From Amphiscolops sp. MND2022 (taxonomy: Eukaryota), in assembly GCA_964187785.1 (NCBI GenBank), contig OZ076409.1:39000001-39064000 (forward strand): a DNA stretch of 64,000 nt, given 5' to 3'. The position numbers and the translations under genes were made by a program. The notes under the pieces are model-generated. The model was not told the origin of the DNA and searched no databases. It saw only the letters and a program-made list of their open reading frames with translations. Each line of letters begins with the position of its first letter. Position 1 is the first letter of the stretch. Below, one piece after another: positions 59,040 through 64,000 of the stretch.

Positions 59040-59460
59040 CGAAATGACCCCAGAATGACATAAAAATGACCCCAAAGTGACAAAAATTGCAGAATTTGGG
59101 ACCTTTAACGTTTTTAGGCACCTTTTGTCAAAATTTTGACAGACTTTGTTGATTAGAATGTTTGACACTTTCGACCATGAAACAAATCTGTACAGTACGT
59201 TTTTTTGAAGAGATGAATGCAATTATTTGAGAGAAAAATGCCTCAAATTGACACCGAAAACAACAAAATTTCCAAAAAATTCCAATTTCCAAGATTTCTA
59301 TGCAACTTTTGTCAAATTTTCGAGACGAAAATTTTTGAATAATAATTTTTGGCGAGATAAAAAATTTCGTGAAAGAAATATGCCACAAAAGACTTCAAGG
59401 ATTAGAACTTCAAAACCGTTTAAGAGCTGGTGACTTCGTTGTTCAGTAGGCTTTAAGAAG
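59040..59460. repeat. Second copy of the ~184-bp-unit repeat family, interrupted by element D
   Basis: Shares the TGACCCC leader repeats, GATTAGAATG, GAAGAGAT and CTCAAATTGACACCGAAAACAACAAAA with 18920-21100. Confidence 0.7.
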
Positions 59461-62400
59461 TGTAACGTCCGGCTAGCGGCGCACATCTAGGAAGAGGGAC
59501 AATGCCTAGGGTGCTTAAACAGGAGACCGTTGTCTTACTACACTCCTAAACACTAGTTTTTGATCCCAAAATGGTCTCCATGGGGGACTTTTCTAACGTC
59601 TAAGGAGGCTCCTCTAATTAGAGCTCCGAGGCGACGTGCCGGCACTCTCAAAGTCCGGACACGCCCCACAAGCCTGTAAAAACAAGTCCTAAGGTTTTTA
59701 GCGCGTTCCCGCCATCTCCTACATACTTCCGAGGTCCAAAAAGATGTCTAGCTGAAATACATTATATTGGTGAATAAGGACTAAAATGGGGCCCTAGTAG
59801 GTCAAACATTATCCAAATACGCTATAAACAGTCAAAGTAGGTGGGGATAGGCCCCAATAAAGTATACAGTTACAGTTCGGTGGCGATCATCGGCTTCCTG
59901 CCTCTGGCATCATTCCTCATCTTCGGGGCACAATGGTCTCATTTGGCACTTTTCTGCCAAAACCCTGTCTTTTTGCTGTCAGATGGCCGAATTCCTGATT
60001 CTCACGCCTTCTGGGTGATGACATCTCGGACATTCTCGTTCCTGGGTGGTGGGTTGGGTCTTTTCTGGTCGTGTTTTGCCTTTTTTTTTGCTTCCTCTAC
60101 GGTTTTCGTACCTGCCGGGTCGGCCATCTTGAATGTGCTTGTTTGATGTCGCACATTTCGAATTTTTGATCGAAATTTTCAAAAACTTCTGCAACGCCGA
60201 CTGCCGGACGTTACATCCTCCCCGGGCCGTAGTTTGTCGTCCTCGACAAACGAGAGAGGACGTTCACATCTTGGTTGCCACCATCCAATGATCCAGTGAT
60301 ACTGTTGCAACATGGTACTTCAGGAATCTAAATTGGAAGTCGTTGCCCAAAAACACGTTATTGCCCAAAAACATGAGTTTTTGCCAGCTTAGCAGGCTTC
60401 CTTGGATTCAACACCAACAACGGGTTCTTGCATTGGAAAAATATTAGCAACTTTAGACACTTAGCCTTATATTCAAAACACATTCAAACTTTTAATTTCG
60501 CACCAAAATTTCAAAAATTCTAGCACCTTATTGCATCTGTCTAAAAAGCACTCATCACAACAGGTTTGGCACTGGCCAGGGGCCCACCTGATAGGTTATG
60601 TTTTACAAAATGCACGATAGCACTCGAAAAGCGAAAAATAAAAGTAACAGCTGTGGTCTTGCAAAGTTCATGGCCAACAGAAACTGCACAATAACTAGCA
60701 CCAATGGTGAAACAGGCCTCAAAAAATCAAAAATATCACCAAAAATGAGGAACTATTCAATCTATTGTGTCAGTTGTGTACGCTCAGTTAAAGTTATTGT
60801 CTAGGTAGTACAAGCACCAGTGTATATGCAAGAGATGGAAACAAACTACTTCTCAAGAGGGGACAATGTCACTAACGATGATAGAGCAGAACCAATAAAA
60901 GTCAAAAATCAGGCATGATAGATCATGAAAACAGTCTTCGGCATTAAAAACAAGTTCCAGAGCAATCATTCGGGTTCTAAAAGCACGGCCGCTGGCCAAG
61001 CAGTTCTCAGAGCTTCGAAGCTCTAGGTGTTTCATCATGCTTGGTGTTAATTTCTCTCGGGAGAGTACGGGTACTCCCCGGGCCAATCTCTGGTCCGGTG
61101 TTTTCACATCGACATGGTTCACGCAACTGTGGTACCGAGCACCAAGGTACGCCATGGGCATGAATCGAGCAACGAACACTGATTTTTTGAGAAGTCTGCT
61201 TGGCTACAGATGTTAGATTGTCTGAAATGTCCGTTTGTCACTCATGCTGCCCTGCTTCTGGAGGGCACAAGTAATAACAAAATGTGATTAGAGACTACCG
61301 GTAGACCTTGGGGTGAGTAGGACAATGGACACTGAGTTTGAAGTGCTTTCTTGCCTTACGATCGTAGCACGATCAGAAAAAGCGTTCTTTTTCGACTATG
61401 GTAGTCGCTACTGCACTTGTGTTCTGTTTTGAGACGCACTGCGTACAAAGTCTAAACTTCTAAAAGTGCCTATAAACGCGCTCCAGCACCCGTAGGGCCC
61501 GTGGGGCACTGAGTATGCGTAATCTCAATGAACAGATCGCACTCAAGTGACTTTGATAGCAGCCGGGAGGCGAATTTCCATTTTCGGTTTTTCACCTCCA
61601 TGTCTCATAGATCGGTTTTCTCAGAGACCCGAGATCTTAGGGTCAGCTTAGCACTAATCAAAGTGATTCAACGAGGCGTCCTGAGGAGGCCTGGTATGCT
61701 AATGGGGTCGCCTTGGCCCTTACTGGCACGTACACTGACAAAAACTATGTGATTTTTTGCAAAAATGCCCAAAATCAACAATTTTTTCGTCAACATGCAC
61801 CTCCGGGGAAGGTGAAAATCACTTCTAGCGCTGCTAGCGACCTGAAAATTTCACACCGTCTAGTACACTGGCTGAATCGTGGGGAACAAGCCTCCGATTG
61901 CGCTAAAATTGATCCGGTGGGTGTCACGGCCACTTAACAATGTTCACTGAAAAATTGACTATGTCGCGAAATTCACAAAAAGTGGTCAAACTCGCCTTCT
62001 AGGCTTCCCAGCCACCTGAAATTTTGCCTGCGAGCGTAACTTTTGCCTACGTAACAGAAAAATAGAGCGGCGAGGTGCCTTGATCAACATCTGGCGATAT
62101 GAAGTGACAAAACCTTGATGTACCAGAGGTACCGCTTTTTCGGGTCAAAAATCACAAAAATGTCAATTTCTCAGCTTTGGCTAGTAGCCGGCTGCTCAAA
62201 TTGCACAAATCGTCGTGATCCAGTGCCGTGTGCACGAAAATGCAAGAATTTTAGTGTTGGGGTACCTGCGAGGTATTGCACTATGCTCAACTAAAATTCA
62301 ATTTTTTCGACATTTTCGGATCATTTTTGAGCAAAACTGCGGCTAAGACTTCTCGATCACTACTAATGGTAGCGCTACGAAAATTACACCACTAACGTAA

Positions 62401-64000
62401 CTTTTTGCGGTTTACACGATGGTGCTATCCGTTTGAGACTGCTTCCACTGGGAGAGAATTCGACCTGTACTGGAAGCACTACTCCAGTATTCCGAAAATG
62501 TCACAAAAATAACACGTTTTTGGCTATTTCTCGGCAACTACTAGTTGGAATCACTTGCGGTTTTTTGCGTTTGCAACGTTGTATCCTATACTAACGGAAA
62601 ATAGGCAAGCGAAACCTGGTAGGTTCCAAATAAGGTCTCTCAAAATAAACTTTACGTTGCACCTTTGACACTCTCGGAACAGTACGGAAAATGCGTATTT
62701 TCACCAAGAAATTTTTATTTCTTTGTTTTCAGACGTTCCGAATAGTTCTAACAGTAGTGTTAGAAGGTGTAACAACTTTATTTAGGGGAATGGGGTTGTT
62801 TCAATAATTAGTTTTGATGGTTTTGATGTAATAACTCTCAGGTCTATGGAGTCCTTTACTCAGGTCTATTTTAATGGAAGAAAAGTGATGTTAAAACTTC
62901 AATTTATATTGGGGGCAGTCAAAAACCGTCTTGGTAGTAGTGTTGCATACTACCAAGCTCAACTACAAAATTTTTGGGCTTTTCAAGAGGCTTGGGAACA
63001 AACGCCCAAGGCTTCGCCCTTGCCAAAATTGGTCAAAATGGCCAATTTTGCTGATTTTTGATCAAAAATTGCTGAAATTTTCATATTTTTTTGAAAAACA
63101 GCCCAACAAAAGTTTTTGTTCTCGACCTGGTAGGTTCTACAGAACGTTTTTCAGGTATTCCCACAGGCCGTACACAGTTCTATAAAATTCTGGCTTTAAA
63201 ACGGAAAAATTCGATATTTGAGCTGTTATTAGTGTTATTTTTGGCGTTTTCGAGCTCAAGTCCCTAAAATAACTGATGCAAATACCCTGTGGGTATTTTT
63301 CACAGTTAATTTGTGCAAAAACAGGCCTGGGAATACTAATTTTGGGCTAGAAAACGTGAAGGGAACGAAATAACCCAGCTGTCTTCGGCGAATCGGCACC
63401 AGGTGGGGAGGAAGAGGCTATGAGGTGAAGCATCTGCAGTCCTGCACTCAGCTAGCTCGGGTCTTCACAAACCGTCCTCGCAGTCCCTGTACATTGCCAA
63501 TTAGCTGAAAAGAAGCTGGAAAACCCGTTAAAACACGTTCCGGATAAGCCGGAATAGCTTTTTTAACAAGTACAGATAAGGTACAAGGGGGTACACCGTT
63601 TCAAACTGTCTTTTTCAGGCTTGGGACCTCGGAAACATGCAGGAAACGCAGGAAAAACACTAATACAAGGCCCAAAGGGCTAGAATAAAGCAGTAAAAAC
63701 AATCTAGGACTCTCCCAAAAGCTTCTCCTAGATCCGGACCTTTCAGGGCCGGAAAGCAGGAGTTGCTCCTCGCAGGACGCGGTAAGGAAAAATATCCCTC
63801 TGTGGTCGCCATAAAAACTATTCCAGATGTAACGTCCGGCTAGCGGCGCACATCTAGGAAGAGGGACAATGCCTAGGGTGCTTAAACAGGAGACCGTTGT
63901 CTTACTACACTCCTAAACACTAGTTTTTGATCCCAAAATGGTCTCCATGGGGGACTTTTCTAACGTCTAAGGAGGCTCCTCTAATTAGAGCTCCGAGGCG
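59461..64000 (-). mobile_element. Element D: non-autonomous (LARD-like) LTR element with a 3.6-kb non-coding interior, running off the window
   Basis: LTR 59461-60215 (TGTAAC...GTTACA). A second LTR starts at 63828 and matches 59461-59633 over the visible 173 bp. PPT at 60216-60228, PBS at 63794-63811. No gag/pol motifs. Confidence 0.92.
63794..63811 (-). promoter_or_regulatory. Primer-binding site of element D, identical to that of element B
   Basis: ATCCCTCTGTGGTCGCCA, 16 nt from the LTR. Confidence 0.85.

Overview
Eukaryotic (intron-containing, animal-like) genomic DNA dominated by Ty3/Gypsy LTR retrotransposons next to and inside a minus-strand host gene encoding an extracellular FN3-like / jacalin-like / ZP-domain protein. 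Element A (1-18491, minus strand, left end outside the window or ambiguous) has near-identical LTRs and gag-pol with two in-frame stops. Between pol and the 3' LTR it carries an apparently intact antisense gene with 8 exons and 7 GT-AG introns (2567-7347, about 1046 aa). That protein has a C2H2 zinc finger and a degenerate hAT-transposase-like body. The same element has more than 50 phased GATG-N7-GATG motifs in its LTRs, introns, spacer and Pol linkers. Together these are the best candidate for an undescribed system: a retrotransposon-encoded DNA-binding factor with its own cis-element arrays. Element B (26201-45045, minus strand, full length) sits in a host intron. Its gag-pol ends in an AT-hook and two TARG1-like macrodomain folds, and it has a large env-position ORF with an SGNH-like fold behind a splice acceptor. 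Elements C and D are non-coding LTR elements in inverted orientation. They share B's TGTAAC...GTTACA termini, D shares B's tRNA-Arg-like PBS, and both carry an internal copy of their PPT. A diverged ~184-bp tandem array and several small repeats and hairpins fill the rest. All domain calls are by-eye motif recognition; no searches were run.
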